This document shows positions 1 to 9,133 of a DNA stretch of 33,257 nt, piece after piece (position 1 is the first letter of the stretch; each line of letters starts with the position of its first letter). The stretch comes from a virus (Duplodnaviria; Caudoviricetes). Location: positions 1 through 33,257 of IMG/VR virus record IMGVR_UViG_3300031944_000028, one strand, 5' to 3'. The notes under the pieces were generated by a model. That model was not told the origin of the DNA. It ran no database searches and saw nothing but the letters and a program-made list of their open reading frames with translations. The translations under genes were made by a program, and so were the position numbers.

Positions 1-129
1 GACCCCACCCTTGGCGGCCTCACGGCCGAGACCCGGGTGCTGGGCGGGTCGCGGCCTCCCGGTGAGGTCGAGACCGCCGGCGGGCGTCTGCTCGGCTGCG
101 CCCTCGAGGTGGAAGTGCTGGCCATGTAG
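1..129 (+). CDS. 3' end of probable tail completion/terminator protein (partial)
   Basis: Frame 1 reads DPTLGGLTAETRVLGG...GCALEVEVLAM-stop. The DPTLGG motif, terminal beta strand and position before the tail tube gene are typical of tail-completion proteins. Confidence 0.55.
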   Translation, partial: DPTLGGLTAETRVLGGSRPPGEVETAGGRLLGCALEVEVLAM

Positions 130-131
130 CC

Positions 132-872
132 ATGTCCGAGCGACCCCTGTTGTCCGTGATCGTCCCCACCGTGGGGCGCCCCTCCCTGGAGCGCACCCTG
201 CGCTCCCTGCTCGAGCAGCGCTGCTGGCTGCGCTGGGAGGCCGTCCTCGTCGGCGACAGCCACGCCGGCACCTGGACTGCGCAGCTGCCCCTGGCGCGCG
301 AGCTGGCCCGGCGGCACGAGCGCTTCGTCTACACCGAGCACGACGGCGGCGTCCACGCCTGGGGCCACCCCCAGCGCAACCACGGGGCCACCGTCGCGAA
401 GGGCCGCTACCTCTGGTGGCTGGGGGACGACGACATCGCCCTCCCCGGCGCCTTCCACGCCATCCAGGAGGCCGTCCTGCGCCGCAACCCGGAGCCGGAC
501 GCCGACCCGCGGGTGTACCTCTTCCGCTGGATCGCGCCGTGGAAGCAGGTGCTCTGGCACACGGCGGGCTACCTGGGCGAGGAGCCCGGGCACATCGACG
601 CCGAGATGATCGTCTGCCCCAACGTGCCGGAGCGGCTGGGCACCTGGACGAACCGCTACCAGGGCGACTACGACTTCATCTGCGAGACGGCGCACCGCTG
701 GGGCGGCCCGGAGCGCGTCGTCTGGCAGCCGGAGGTGATCGCCCAGGCGCAGCCCAGCGAGGCGGAGGACTGGACGCGCCCGGTGGGCGAGGCGCCTCCG
801 GTGTACGCCCGGGTCGTGGTGCAGACGACGCTGGTGCCCCGCGTCTTGGGCGCCGTGGGGGTGCCGGCGTGA
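132..872 (+). CDS. Glycosyltransferase family 2 (GT-A fold)
   Basis: N-terminal LSVIVPTVGRPSLERTLRSLLEQ, RNHG, acidic GDDD motif, and GDYDF near the C-terminus. Confidence 0.88.
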   Translation: MSERPLLSVIVPTVGRPSLERTLRSLLEQRCWLRWEAVLVGDSHAGTWTAQLPLARELARRHERFVYTEHDGGVHAWGHPQRNHGATVAKGRYLWWLGDDDIALPGAFHAIQEAVLRRNPEPDADPRVYLFRWIAPWKQVLWHTAGYLGEEPGHIDAEMIVCPNVPERLGTWTNRYQGDYDFICETAHRWGGPERVVWQPEVIAQAQPSEAEDWTRPVGEAPPVYARVVVQTTLVPRVLGAVGVPA

Positions 873-1420
873 ACCCCCACCCGTACCGGATCAATTTGGG
901 CGCGGGGCAGTACCGGCTCAACGACTGGTGGAACGTCGACGCCGACCCGACCACGCCGGCGGACGCCCACTACCGCTTCCCGCCCATCGACGCCTCGGAC
1001 GAGAGCGTGGACGAGATCTACGCCGGGCACGTCCTGGAGCACTTCGAGCCGGACGAGGCGGCGCGGTTCCTGGCGGAGTGCCGCCGGGTGCTCGTCCCCG
1101 GGGGCCGGCTGGGCGTGGTGGTGCCCAACGTGCGCAAGGTGCTGGCCCACTACGTGGCCGGCGACCACACCGAGGTGGAGGTGCCCGCCGGGGTCTACTG
1201 GAACCTGGACAGTTTGGAGGCGGTCAACGCCGTCTTCCTCTACAGCACCATCCAGGAGAGCCGGCACCGCTGGGGCTACGACGCCCACACCCTGTGCAAG
1301 ACCCTGGAGCGGGCCGGCTTCCATGTGGAAGACGCCATCCGCCCCGATGACCCGAGGCTGTCCGTGCCCAGCTGGTGGGACCTTGGCTACCACTGCATCA
1401 AGCGGGAGCGCCGGACGTGA
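869..1420 (+). CDS. Class I SAM-dependent methyltransferase (Methyltransf_11-like)
   Basis: GTG start overlaps the upstream TGA (GTGA). Motifs INLGAG, SVDEIYAGHVLEHF and ECRRVLVPGGRL. Confidence 0.85.
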   Translation: MNPHPYRINLGAGQYRLNDWWNVDADPTTPADAHYRFPPIDASDESVDEIYAGHVLEHFEPDEAARFLAECRRVLVPGGRLGVVVPNVRKVLAHYVAGDHTEVEVPAGVYWNLDSLEAVNAVFLYSTIQESRHRWGYDAHTLCKTLERAGFHVEDAIRPDDPRLSVPSWWDLGYHCIKRERRT

Positions 1421-2442
1421 GGCTGCTGGTGTGTCACCCCGGCGCGACCTGGGCGACCCACGACGTCCACACCGGGCTGTGCGCGGGGCTGCGGGCCGCC
1501 GGGCACGACGTCGTCGAGTACGCCCTGGGCGGGCGCCTGCGGGCGTCCCGGGTGTACCTGGAGTGGCTCTGGCGGCAGCAGGCCCGGCACGGGGGGCCGC
1601 TGAAGGACGTGCGCCCCACGCCGGCCGACGCGCAGTACCACGCCAGCCAGGAGGCGGTCACCCGGGCCCTGCGCCACGACGTGGACTGGGCGCTGGTCGT
1701 CTGCGCCGCCTACTTCCACCCGGACGCCGCCGAGCTGCTGCGCCGGGCGGGCGTCCCGGCGGCGGTCGTCTTCACCGAGAGCCCCTACGACGACCCGGAG
1801 CAGGCGGCGGTGGCGCCCCGCTACGCCGTCTGCTTCACCAACGAGCGCGCCAGCGTCGGCCGCCTGCGGGCGGCGAACCCCACCACCCACTACCTGCCGG
1901 CGGCCTACGACCCGGCGGCGCACGGCCCCCACCTGAACGGCAGCGCCCCGGCCCACGACGTCGTCTTCGTGGGCACCGGCTTCGGCAGCCGGGCGGCCCT
2001 GCTCTCCGCGGTGGACTGGACCGGCATCGACCTGGGCCTCTACGGCGCCTGGGAGGACCTGCCGGCGGGCCACCCGCTGACCCCCTTCGTCCGCCAGGGG
2101 CTGGTCGACAACGCCCGCGCGGGCCAGCTCTACCGGCACGCCCGCATCGGGCTGAACCTGTACCGGTCGGCCGGGGACGTCCCGGCGGAGAGCCTGAACC
2201 CCCGGGCCTACGAGCTGGCCGCCGACGGGGTGTTCACCCTCACCGAGCCCCGGGCGGAGGTGGCGGAGCGGTTCGGCGACCGGGTGGCCACCTTCGCCGG
2301 CGCCGCCGACCTGGGGGCGCGGGTCCGCCGCCTCCTCGAGCACCCGGACGACCTGGCCCGCGCGGGCCGGGCGCTGCCCGCCGCCGTGGCGGACGCCACC
2401 TACACCCACCGGGCGGAGCGCCTGGTGGCGCACTTGCGCTGA
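1417..2442 (+). CDS. GT-B glycosyltransferase (CgeB / Glyco_trans_1_2-like)
   Basis: GTGA-coupled start. Motifs DVVFVGT, YRHARIGLN, LNPRAYELAADG and TYTHRAERL match the CgeB-type C-terminal domain. Confidence 0.85.
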   Translation: MRLLVCHPGATWATHDVHTGLCAGLRAAGHDVVEYALGGRLRASRVYLEWLWRQQARHGGPLKDVRPTPADAQYHASQEAVTRALRHDVDWALVVCAAYFHPDAAELLRRAGVPAAVVFTESPYDDPEQAAVAPRYAVCFTNERASVGRLRAANPTTHYLPAAYDPAAHGPHLNGSAPAHDVVFVGTGFGSRAALLSAVDWTGIDLGLYGAWEDLPAGHPLTPFVRQGLVDNARAGQLYRHARIGLNLYRSAGDVPAESLNPRAYELAADGVFTLTEPRAEVAERFGDRVATFAGAADLGARVRRLLEHPDDLARAGRALPAAVADATYTHRAERLVAHLR

Positions 2443-2454
2443 AGGAGCAGACCA

Positions 2455-2856
2455 GTGGGCATGTACCACGCGCGGGACGCGGCCATCTACATCAGCACCA
2501 GCGCCAGCGGGACGGCGTCGAACCTGCTGACCATGACCGCCTGGACGATGGACCGCTCCACCGCCCGGGTGGACGTGACCAACTTCGACAGCACGAACCA
2601 GGAGGAGATGCAGGGTTGGCCCGCCCTCCGGGGGACGTTCGAGGGCTTCTGGAACAGCGACGAGACCAAGCTGTTCGCCGCCTCGAACTCCCCGGACGGG
2701 GTCAAGATGTACCTCTACCCGAGCAAGCGCATCCCCAGCAAGTACGTCGCCTGCACCGCCTGGCTGGACGCCTCGATGGAGGCCCGGACGGACGGGGTGG
2801 CCCGGGTGCGGGGCACCTACTCCGCCTTCGGCTCCGGCTCGGTGGTCAACCTGTAG
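2455..2856 (+). CDS. Major tail (tube) protein
   Basis: AGGAG RBS at 2443-2447. Beta-rich 133 aa protein with WTMDRSTARVDVTNFD...GTFEGFW, located before the TAC and tape measure genes. Confidence 0.8.
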   Translation: MGMYHARDAAIYISTSASGTASNLLTMTAWTMDRSTARVDVTNFDSTNQEEMQGWPALRGTFEGFWNSDETKLFAASNSPDGVKMYLYPSKRIPSKYVACTAWLDASMEARTDGVARVRGTYSAFGSGSVVNL

Positions 2857-2859
2857 GGG

Positions 2860-3051
2860 CTAGGGGGTGCCGGCCGCGCCGCCCCGCTGCTCCAGGTGCT
2901 GCAGGCTGGTCCGGATCTCCTTGAGGAGGGCCACCTGCTCCGACTGCTTCCAGTACCACGTCCAGAACTCCCGCAGGATGAAGAACACGACCAGGGCGAC
3001 GAACGAGAGGGCGGCGATCCACGCGAGGGCCTGCAAACCATCAATATGCAT
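2860..3051 (-). CDS. Small single-pass membrane protein inserted antisense in the tail operon (moron-like)
   Basis: 63 aa MHIDGLQALAWIAALSFVALVVFFILREFWTWYWKQSEQVALLKEI... TACGTT -10-like box 6 nt upstream of the ATG. Confidence 0.75.
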   Translation of the reverse strand: MHIDGLQALAWIAALSFVALVVFFILREFWTWYWKQSEQVALLKEIRTSLQHLEQRGGAAGTP

Positions 3052-3065
3052 GGCTCGAACGTACC

Positions 3066-3120
3066 CGCCCCCGGCGGCCGTTGGGGGCGCCCGTACGCGC
3101 CCCGTGCGGGGCCGTACGGG
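3066..3120. terminator. Two tandem GC-rich hairpins (possible terminator/insulator)
   Basis: CGCCCCCGGCG..CGTTGGGGGCG (3066-3089) and CCCGTACG..CGTACGGG (3090-3120). No clear U-tract. Confidence 0.4.
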
Positions 3121-3153
3121 ACTGTTCGGCGCGCCCAGAGGAGGGGGCACCCG

Positions 3154-3609
3154 GTGACCACGAACGGGGCCGTTACGGCCCAGAAGCGCGCCCGCTTCGC
3201 CAGCGGGGCGGCCGTCAAGCTGCCGCTGTCCGACGGGGACTGGGTGCTGGTGCGCGAGGAGCTGTCCTACGGGCAGCAGCGGCGCCTCGCCGCCGCGGGG
3301 CTGACCGGGATCGACCAGGCCGCGGCCGCGGGCGAGCGCCTCAAGGTCGACCTGGCCGCCTACGACCTGGAGCGCCTGGCGCTGTGGGTCCTGGACTGGA
3401 GCCTGCGGGACGCCGACGGCGACCCCGTGGTGGTCTCCCGGGAGGCCATCGAGAACCTGGCCCAGGAGACCGCCGCGGAGCTCAACGCGGCCCTGGACGC
3501 CCACATCGAGGCGCAGGAGGGAAAAGCGGCCCCGGCACCGGCTGGTGGGACCAGACCCGCAGCGACCTCGCCGTCTGCAAGGCGTTCGGCTGGAGCTGGG
3601 ACGCCCTGA
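3154..3609 (+). CDS. Tail assembly chaperone (gpG-like)
   Basis: GAGGAGG RBS then GTG. Lies between tail tube and tape measure and contains the GGGAAAA slippery site. Confidence 0.85.
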   Translation: MTTNGAVTAQKRARFASGAAVKLPLSDGDWVLVREELSYGQQRRLAAAGLTGIDQAAAAGERLKVDLAAYDLERLALWVLDWSLRDADGDPVVVSREAIENLAQETAAELNAALDAHIEAQEGKAAPAPAGGTRPAATSPSARRSAGAGTP

Positions 3610-3701
3610 TGGCCACCCCCGGCGCGGTGGTGCGGGCCGCCGTCGCCCTGCTGAACGACCAGGCCGAGGCCGCCGACGCGGCCGCGCGGGGACGGGGCTG
3701 A
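3519..3701 (+). other. -1 programmed frameshift site G GGA AAA and gpGT-like extension
   Basis: Heptamer at 3519-3525 in the correct X XXY YYZ phase. The -1 frame stays open (...DLAVCKAFGWSWDALMATPG...) to TGA at 3701, just before the tape measure start. Confidence 0.85.
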
Positions 3702-3702
3702 C

Positions 3703-5799
3703 GTGCCCACGGCCGGGGAGCTCACCATCGTGCTTGAGGCCCAAGACCGGGCCTCGGCGCAGCTGCAGCAGGTGGGCGCCCAGGTGGCGCGCCTCGAGCG
3801 GCAGGTGGAGGGCGTCCAGCGCAGCACCCGCGGCGGCGGGCTGCTGGGCGCCCTGACCGGGGGCCTCGGCGTGGGCGCCGGGCTGCAGGCGGTCAACCAG
3901 GCCATGGGGGCCATGGGGGGCGCCGTCCGCTTCATCACCGAGAGCGTCTTCGACCTCAACAGCAGCCTGGAGCGCACGGTGACCACCTTCGAGCAGGTGA
4001 CCGGCTCGGCGGCGGCCGCCCGGGACGTGGTCACCGCCCTGCGGGCCGAGGCGGCCCGCAGCCCCTTCACCGAGCAGGAGACGTTCCGGGCCGGCACCGC
4101 CCTCATCTCCGTGGCCGAGCGGTCGACCGAGTCGGTGGTCAAGCTCGTCCGGGCGGCCGAGGTGCTGGCCACCATGGACCCGGCCCAGGGGTTGGAGGGG
4201 GCCGCCTTCGGCCTGCGGGAGGCCCTCGGGGGCAACCTCGAGAGCCTGGCCCAGCGGTTCGAGCTCTCCACCGCGTCCATCCGGCGCCTCATCGCCCAGG
4301 GGCTGACCCCCCTGCAGGCCATCCTGGCCGAACTGCGGGTGCGGGGCTTCGGGGAGGAGTCCATCGAGCGCTTCGGCCGGACCCTGGAGGGCCGCCTGTC
4401 GACCCTCCAGAGCTTCGGGAACGAGCTCCGGCAGCGCCTCGGCGCGGGCCTGTTCGCGTCGGTCAGCGACGGCCTGGGGCGGCTGGTGCGCCTGATCGAG
4501 GTCTACGGGGACCGCGTGCGCGACTGGGCGGAGGCGGTGGGCGCGGTCATCGGCGGCCTGTTCCAGCGCCTCGCGGCCCGGTTCCTGGAGCCGGTGCTGG
4601 GCCTGCTCGACCGGCTGGCCCCCGGCTTCCGGGAGGTCTTCCAGGCCGTCACCGCCGAGGCCGCCCCGGCGGTCGCGCAGCTGGAGCAGGCGGGGCAGGC
4701 GACGGAGACGCTCGAGGTCCGCCTGGGGCGCCTCGGGGTCGCCGCCGCCGAGGTGCAGTTCGAGGCCGACCGGGTGCGCGGGCGGTACGAGGACCAGCTC
4801 GAGCCCCTCCAGCGCCAGCTGCGCCTGCTCCAGCAGTCCGCCGACCTCCAGCGGGTGCAGAACGCCCTGGCCACCAACCGGGCCACCGTGGAGGGCCTGC
4901 GCCTGGAGCGGGAGGTCGCCGCCCTGCAGCGGGCCGCCCGGGGGCAGGAGGACCCGAACGCCCCCGGGCTGACCGCCCGGCAGCGGGCCATCGCGCTCGC
5001 CCTCCAGGAGCGCCGGCTGCGCCAGGAGGAGCTCGGGCTGACCGAGCAGCAGCGCCCGGCGGTGCAGTCCCTGGAGCAGCAGATCGCCGCCCTCCGGGAG
5101 CAGCAGCGCCAGGCCCTGGCCCCGCTGGAGCGCCAGCTCGCCATCCGCAAGGAGGAGATCGACTGGCTCCAGCTGCAGCGGGACAAGCAGAAGCAGACCA
5201 CCGACGAGCTGGCCGCGGGCGTCGGCCGGGCCAACGAGGAGTGGAAGAAGCTCAAGAACGACCCGGAGACGCTCCAGAACGCCCGCCAGCGCGGCCAGGA
5301 GCTCGCCGACGAGTGGGTGAAGGGCTACGAGGACTGGGTGAAGGCGCACGGGGGGAGCGTCTGGGGCGCGCTCTGGACGACCTTCAAGCAGTGGTACGAC
5401 GGCGGCGGCAAGGCGCAGCTCCAGCAGATCTCCAACGACATCGGCACCGACGTCGCCACCGCCGTCGCCGACACGCTGGAGGCGACCCTGACCGCCCGGC
5501 TCCGCGCCTTCTTCAAGAACGGCGACCTGACGAGCTTCCTGGGCGGGTTCCTGCCGGGCGTGTCCCCCGCCGGCAGCGCCCTGCCCCGGGTGGCCGGCGA
5601 CGCGCAGGCCGTCGGCACCGCCGGGCTGACCATCGACTTCGGCCCCGGGGCCATCACCATCGGCGGCGTGAACGACCCCGGCGTCGGGGAGCGGCTCAAG
5701 GCCGCCCTGACCGCCTTCCTGACCCAGTTCGTCCTCACCGGCATGGGCACCGACCCGGGCGCCGCCCCCAGCCTGCAGGGCGCCGGGAGGGCCCCCTAG
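3703..5799 (+). CDS. Tape measure protein
   Basis: 698 aa, Ala/Leu/Gln-rich and helical. N-terminal ELTIVLEAQDRAS, AARSPFT motif, long coiled coil. Follows the TAC gene. Confidence 0.9.
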   Translation: MPTAGELTIVLEAQDRASAQLQQVGAQVARLERQVEGVQRSTRGGGLLGALTGGLGVGAGLQAVNQAMGAMGGAVRFITESVFDLNSSLERTVTTFEQVTGSAAAARDVVTALRAEAARSPFTEQETFRAGTALISVAERSTESVVKLVRAAEVLATMDPAQGLEGAAFGLREALGGNLESLAQRFELSTASIRRLIAQGLTPLQAILAELRVRGFGEESIERFGRTLEGRLSTLQSFGNELRQRLGAGLFASVSDGLGRLVRLIEVYGDRVRDWAEAVGAVIGGLFQRLAARFLEPVLGLLDRLAPGFREVFQAVTAEAAPAVAQLEQAGQATETLEVRLGRLGVAAAEVQFEADRVRGRYEDQLEPLQRQLRLLQQSADLQRVQNALATNRATVEGLRLEREVAALQRAARGQEDPNAPGLTARQRAIALALQERRLRQEELGLTEQQRPAVQSLEQQIAALREQQRQALAPLERQLAIRKEEIDWLQLQRDKQKQTTDELAAGVGRANEEWKKLKNDPETLQNARQRGQELADEWVKGYEDWVKAHGGSVWGALWTTFKQWYDGGGKAQLQQISNDIGTDVATAVADTLEATLTARLRAFFKNGDLTSFLGGFLPGVSPAGSALPRVAGDAQAVGTAGLTIDFGPGAITIGGVNDPGVGERLKAALTAFLTQFVLTGMGTDPGAAPSLQGAGRAP

Positions 5800-6153
5800 A
5801 TGCCCCGCGCCACCTTCGCCGGCGTCACCTTCGACCTGCTCCTCAGCGGCCTCGACGACCGCCACGAGGGCAACACCAGCGTGCGCGAGGTGCCCGGGGG
5901 CGACCACCACTACGTCGACCTGGGCGGGCCCCTGCTGCAGCGCCGCGCCGTCCAGATCAAGGTGGACAGCGAGGCGGACTACCTGACCCTGGCCGCCCTC
6001 CCCGGCACCGCCGGCGCCGCCGGGACGCTCACCCACCCCGCCGAGGGGGCGCCGCGGGCGGTCGTGTTGCTGTCCGTCGGCCGAACCTGGCGCAAGGGCA
6101 CCGGCCCCCAGCTCTGCCGCACCGAGTGGGTCTATACGGAGCCCCCGGCGTGA
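5800..6153 (+). CDS. Probable distal tail protein
   Basis: 117 aa immediately after the tape measure. ATFAGVTF...REVPGGD pattern. Confidence 0.55.
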   Translation: MPRATFAGVTFDLLLSGLDDRHEGNTSVREVPGGDHHYVDLGGPLLQRRAVQIKVDSEADYLTLAALPGTAGAAGTLTHPAEGAPRAVVLLSVGRTWRKGTGPQLCRTEWVYTEPPA

Positions 6154-7316
6154 CCGCCACCGTCCGCACCACCACCCTGGGGGTCTACGTCCACGACGGG
6201 ACGGACTGGCAGTACGACGCCAGCGCCTACGCCGCCGTCTGCTCGTTCGGCTTCGACCAGCGGGTGGCCGAGGCCACCGTGCGGCGCACCGGCGGGGGCG
6301 CGGTGGCCGTCAACTACTGGAGCCGGATCGAGATCCGCATGGGCTGCACCCCGGGCGCGGGGGAGGCCGTGCGCTTCAACGGCTACGTCGTCCCGGTGGA
6401 CAACCAGCTCTTCCCCGTCGAGGCCACGCTGGTCTGCAAGGGGAACCTCTACCGCGCGCAGTGGGTGCGCAACCAGCAGCCCGACGGCACCGACCTGGCC
6501 GGCCCCGCCGGGACGAGCGACCAGGCCCAGGTGATGGCCGTCCTGGACTACTGCGGGGTGCCGTACACCGCCGCCAACATCGGGGGCACCGGCAAGGCCC
6601 TGGGCTCGGTCTACAACGGCGACCCGGCCGACGTCTTCACCGCCGGCCCGTGGTGGTGGGCGGAGGGGGAGCCGGGCCTGGCCTGCATCGAGCGGGTGGA
6701 CGAGGTCAGCGTGCCCGACGCCGCCACGGGGCGCTACCGCACCTTCGAGACGCTCGGGGGCGACGTCTTCCGCATCCCGCTGGCCACGGCGCCCAAGACG
6801 ACGCCGGACTTCGCCTTCACCGAGGGGGTCGACGTGCTGGAGGCCCGCATCACCCGCGACCCCGCCGGGGCGGCCAACAAGGTGACGGTGAACGGGGCGC
6901 CGCTGCCCATCGGGAGCCTCCCCGGCGTGATCGGCACGGAGACGTTCACCGCCGGGACGTCGGCCGCCCCCTACCTGCCCCCCGGGCTGCCCGACGGGCC
7001 CGACGGCTGGCCGGCGGTGGGGATGGCGTTCTCGTCACCCCTGATCGAGAAGTCCGAGGTCGCCGACCCCGGCGACGTGGTGGCCTGCGAGGCGGTCGCC
7101 CAGTTCCTCCTCGCCGAGTACAACTGCGTGCTGGACACCCTGGAGTTCTCGACCCCGCGGGACGACCTGCTGGGGCCGGGGCAGACCATCCACCTGCACA
7201 GCCCCCGGCTGGGGATCACCGCCCCCGACCAGCACTACTGGCTGCAGCGCCTGGAGGTCACCCTGGACGAGCGGGGCGCGTTCACCCAGCGGCTGACCTG
7301 CGTGCGGCGGAGCTGA
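6150..7316 (+). CDS. Baseplate hub / tail-tip protein
   Basis: GTGA-coupled start, 388 aa. ANKVTVNG and DLLGPGQTIHL...WLQRLEVTL C-terminus typical of hub proteins. Confidence 0.7.
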   Translation: MTATVRTTTLGVYVHDGTDWQYDASAYAAVCSFGFDQRVAEATVRRTGGGAVAVNYWSRIEIRMGCTPGAGEAVRFNGYVVPVDNQLFPVEATLVCKGNLYRAQWVRNQQPDGTDLAGPAGTSDQAQVMAVLDYCGVPYTAANIGGTGKALGSVYNGDPADVFTAGPWWWAEGEPGLACIERVDEVSVPDAATGRYRTFETLGGDVFRIPLATAPKTTPDFAFTEGVDVLEARITRDPAGAANKVTVNGAPLPIGSLPGVIGTETFTAGTSAAPYLPPGLPDGPDGWPAVGMAFSSPLIEKSEVADPGDVVACEAVAQFLLAEYNCVLDTLEFSTPRDDLLGPGQTIHLHSPRLGITAPDQHYWLQRLEVTLDERGAFTQRLTCVRRS

Positions 7317-7318
7317 GG

Positions 7319-8290
7319 ATGGCCGACGGCGTCGGGACGGAGCAGCTCGCGCCCCTGGCCCGCATGTGGCGCAGCGTCTACACGAAGGCCGCCGAGGTGG
7401 CGGAGGCCCGCACCCAGGAGCTGCTCAAGTACCACGTCTACGTCTACCCCCACGGCGAGGGCGGTGGGGGCGGGGGGGCGGGGCTGGTCGAGCTGGGCCG
7501 GGCCGTGGCCACCGCCGGGCAGAGCGACCTGCGGGTGCCGGCCAGCGGCGCCCTGCCCACGGGGTACAGCGGGCTGACCGTGGTCGCCACCGGGCGCAAC
7601 AACAGCGCCACCGTGACCCAGAACACGGACGTCTACCTCTTCTTCAACGACGACGTCGACTACAGCACCTACAACTACCGCTACCTGGAGGGCACGGCCA
7701 CCGGGACGGTGGTGACCGGCAACAGCCCCGGGTCGGCCGCCCTCAACCTCGGCCTGGCCCCCGCCCTGAACGCGGCGGAGCCCCAGACGGTCTGGAGCCT
7801 GAGCGGGGCCCTGCCCCTGCACGAGGGCACGGCCCTGCCCAAGGCCGGGCAGTTCCTCTCCGCGGGCCTGCGCCAGGCGGCCCAGGGCCCGTTCGTCCGC
7901 ACCACCATGGGGGTGTACGCGCCCAGCCCGGCGGTGCCGATCACCAGCGTCCACCTGCGCTGCCTGTCCCCCGGCTGGCGCGCCGGCGCCGTCTTCGTCG
8001 TCTACGGCCACGGCCCGGCCACCGGCGGCGGGGGCGGCGCCGGGGCCGACGTGGTCATCACCACCGACGCCTCGCTCACCGCCGCCGAGTCCCCCGCCAA
8101 CACCTTCGCCCTCGCCGCCCGGCTGTCCCCCGACGCCGGGAACGCCCTGGCCCTCCGCGCCAACGGGCTCTACGCCACGGACACCGGCAGCGGCGGCGGG
8201 GGCACCGGCAACACCACCATGTACACCCAGACCGGGACGCCCACGGGGGCCACGAACTCCCTGTGGTTCAACCCCAGCGAGAGCGCGTAG
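7319..8290 (+). CDS. Minor tail / fibre-type protein
   Basis: 323 aa, Gly-run linkers, beta-rich domain. Shares a ~53 aa module with the downstream fibre. Confidence 0.7.
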   Translation: MADGVGTEQLAPLARMWRSVYTKAAEVAEARTQELLKYHVYVYPHGEGGGGGGAGLVELGRAVATAGQSDLRVPASGALPTGYSGLTVVATGRNNSATVTQNTDVYLFFNDDVDYSTYNYRYLEGTATGTVVTGNSPGSAALNLGLAPALNAAEPQTVWSLSGALPLHEGTALPKAGQFLSAGLRQAAQGPFVRTTMGVYAPSPAVPITSVHLRCLSPGWRAGAVFVVYGHGPATGGGGGAGADVVITTDASLTAAESPANTFALAARLSPDAGNALALRANGLYATDTGSGGGGTGNTTMYTQTGTPTGATNSLWFNPSESA

Positions 8291-9133
8291 CGTGGGTACA
8301 CTGGAGGCGCCATGAGCGACCTGGCCGGCAGCACCGCCCCGCAGCCCGCCGGGGGCGCCAGCGCCACCGGGCTCACCGCCGGCGCGTCGGCGCCCGCGGC
8401 CGCGGCCGGCGCGTCGGCGCCGCGGGCGGCGGGCGGCGGGGGCACCGCGGTCGGGGCGCTGCTGGCCGGGCTCACCGGCGCCGGCGCCGCCGCGGGGAGC
8501 ACCGGCTGGGAGCCCAACGGCGGGGCGACGGTGCTGGGGCGCCTGCTTTCCGGGGAGGCCCTGCCCGCCCACGGGCACACGGACGCCACCGACGGCGGCG
8601 TGCTCGACTACGCCCGGCTGGTGGTCGCGGCCACGGCCCCGCCGGCCCCCACCGCCCCGGCGGACGCCTTCTGGCTCAACCCCACGGAGGCGGCCTAGAT
8701 GCCCTCCCGCATCCTGCGCCTGTGGAACCCGACCGCGGCCGCCTGGGAGGAGGTGGGCGACAGCCGGCTGAGCACCCACCTGGCCGCCGCCGACCCGCAC
8801 CCCGGCTACCTGCTGGAGAGCCTGCTCGACGCCAAGGGCGACCTGCTCGCCGCGAGCGGGGACAACGCCCCGGCCCGGCTGGCCGTGGGCGCCACCGGCC
8901 AGGTGCTCACCGCGGACAGCGCCCAGCCACTGGGGGTCAAGTGGGCCGACGCCCCCGCCGGGGGCGGGACGGCCGAGGTGACCATCACCACCGACGCGTC
9001 GCTGACGGCGGTGGAGAGCCCGGCCAACACCTTCGCCCTGACGGCCCGGCTCTCCCCCGACGCGGGCAACGCGCTGGCCCTGCGGGGCAACGGCCTCTAC
9101 GCCACCGACACCGCCGGCAGCGGGGGCGGGGGC
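8045..9133 (+). repeat. Duplicated ~160 bp module (8045-8203 and 8972-9133) shared by two tail genes
   Basis: Both copies encode (D/E)V.ITTDASLTA.ESPANTFAL.ARLSPDAGNALALR.NGLYATDT. Confidence 0.9.
8312..8698 (+). CDS. Ala/Gly-rich minor tail protein
   Basis: GGAGG RBS, 128 aa, AGASAP tandem repeat, ends AFWLNPTEAA. Confidence 0.65.
   Translation: MSDLAGSTAPQPAGGASATGLTAGASAPAAAAGASAPRAAGGGGTAVGALLAGLTGAGAAAGSTGWEPNGGATVLGRLLSGEALPAHGHTDATDGGVLDYARLVVAATAPPAPTAPADAFWLNPTEAA

Noticed and set aside
132-2442. Glycosyltransferases as a DNA hypermodification pathway
   Set aside because: No hydroxymethylase, TET/JBP dioxygenase or nucleotide kinase is seen, and the genes sit in structural operons. 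Disfavoured, though not formally excluded.
8378-8431. 27-bp tandem repeat (AGASAP) as a contingency locus
   Set aside because: Only two imperfect in-frame copies within a low-complexity linker.
8045-9133. Repeat pair in tail genes as a diversity-generating retroelement TR/VR
   Set aside because: No reverse transcriptase in the window. Differences are mostly synonymous G/C changes rather than adenine-specific, and both copies are coding.
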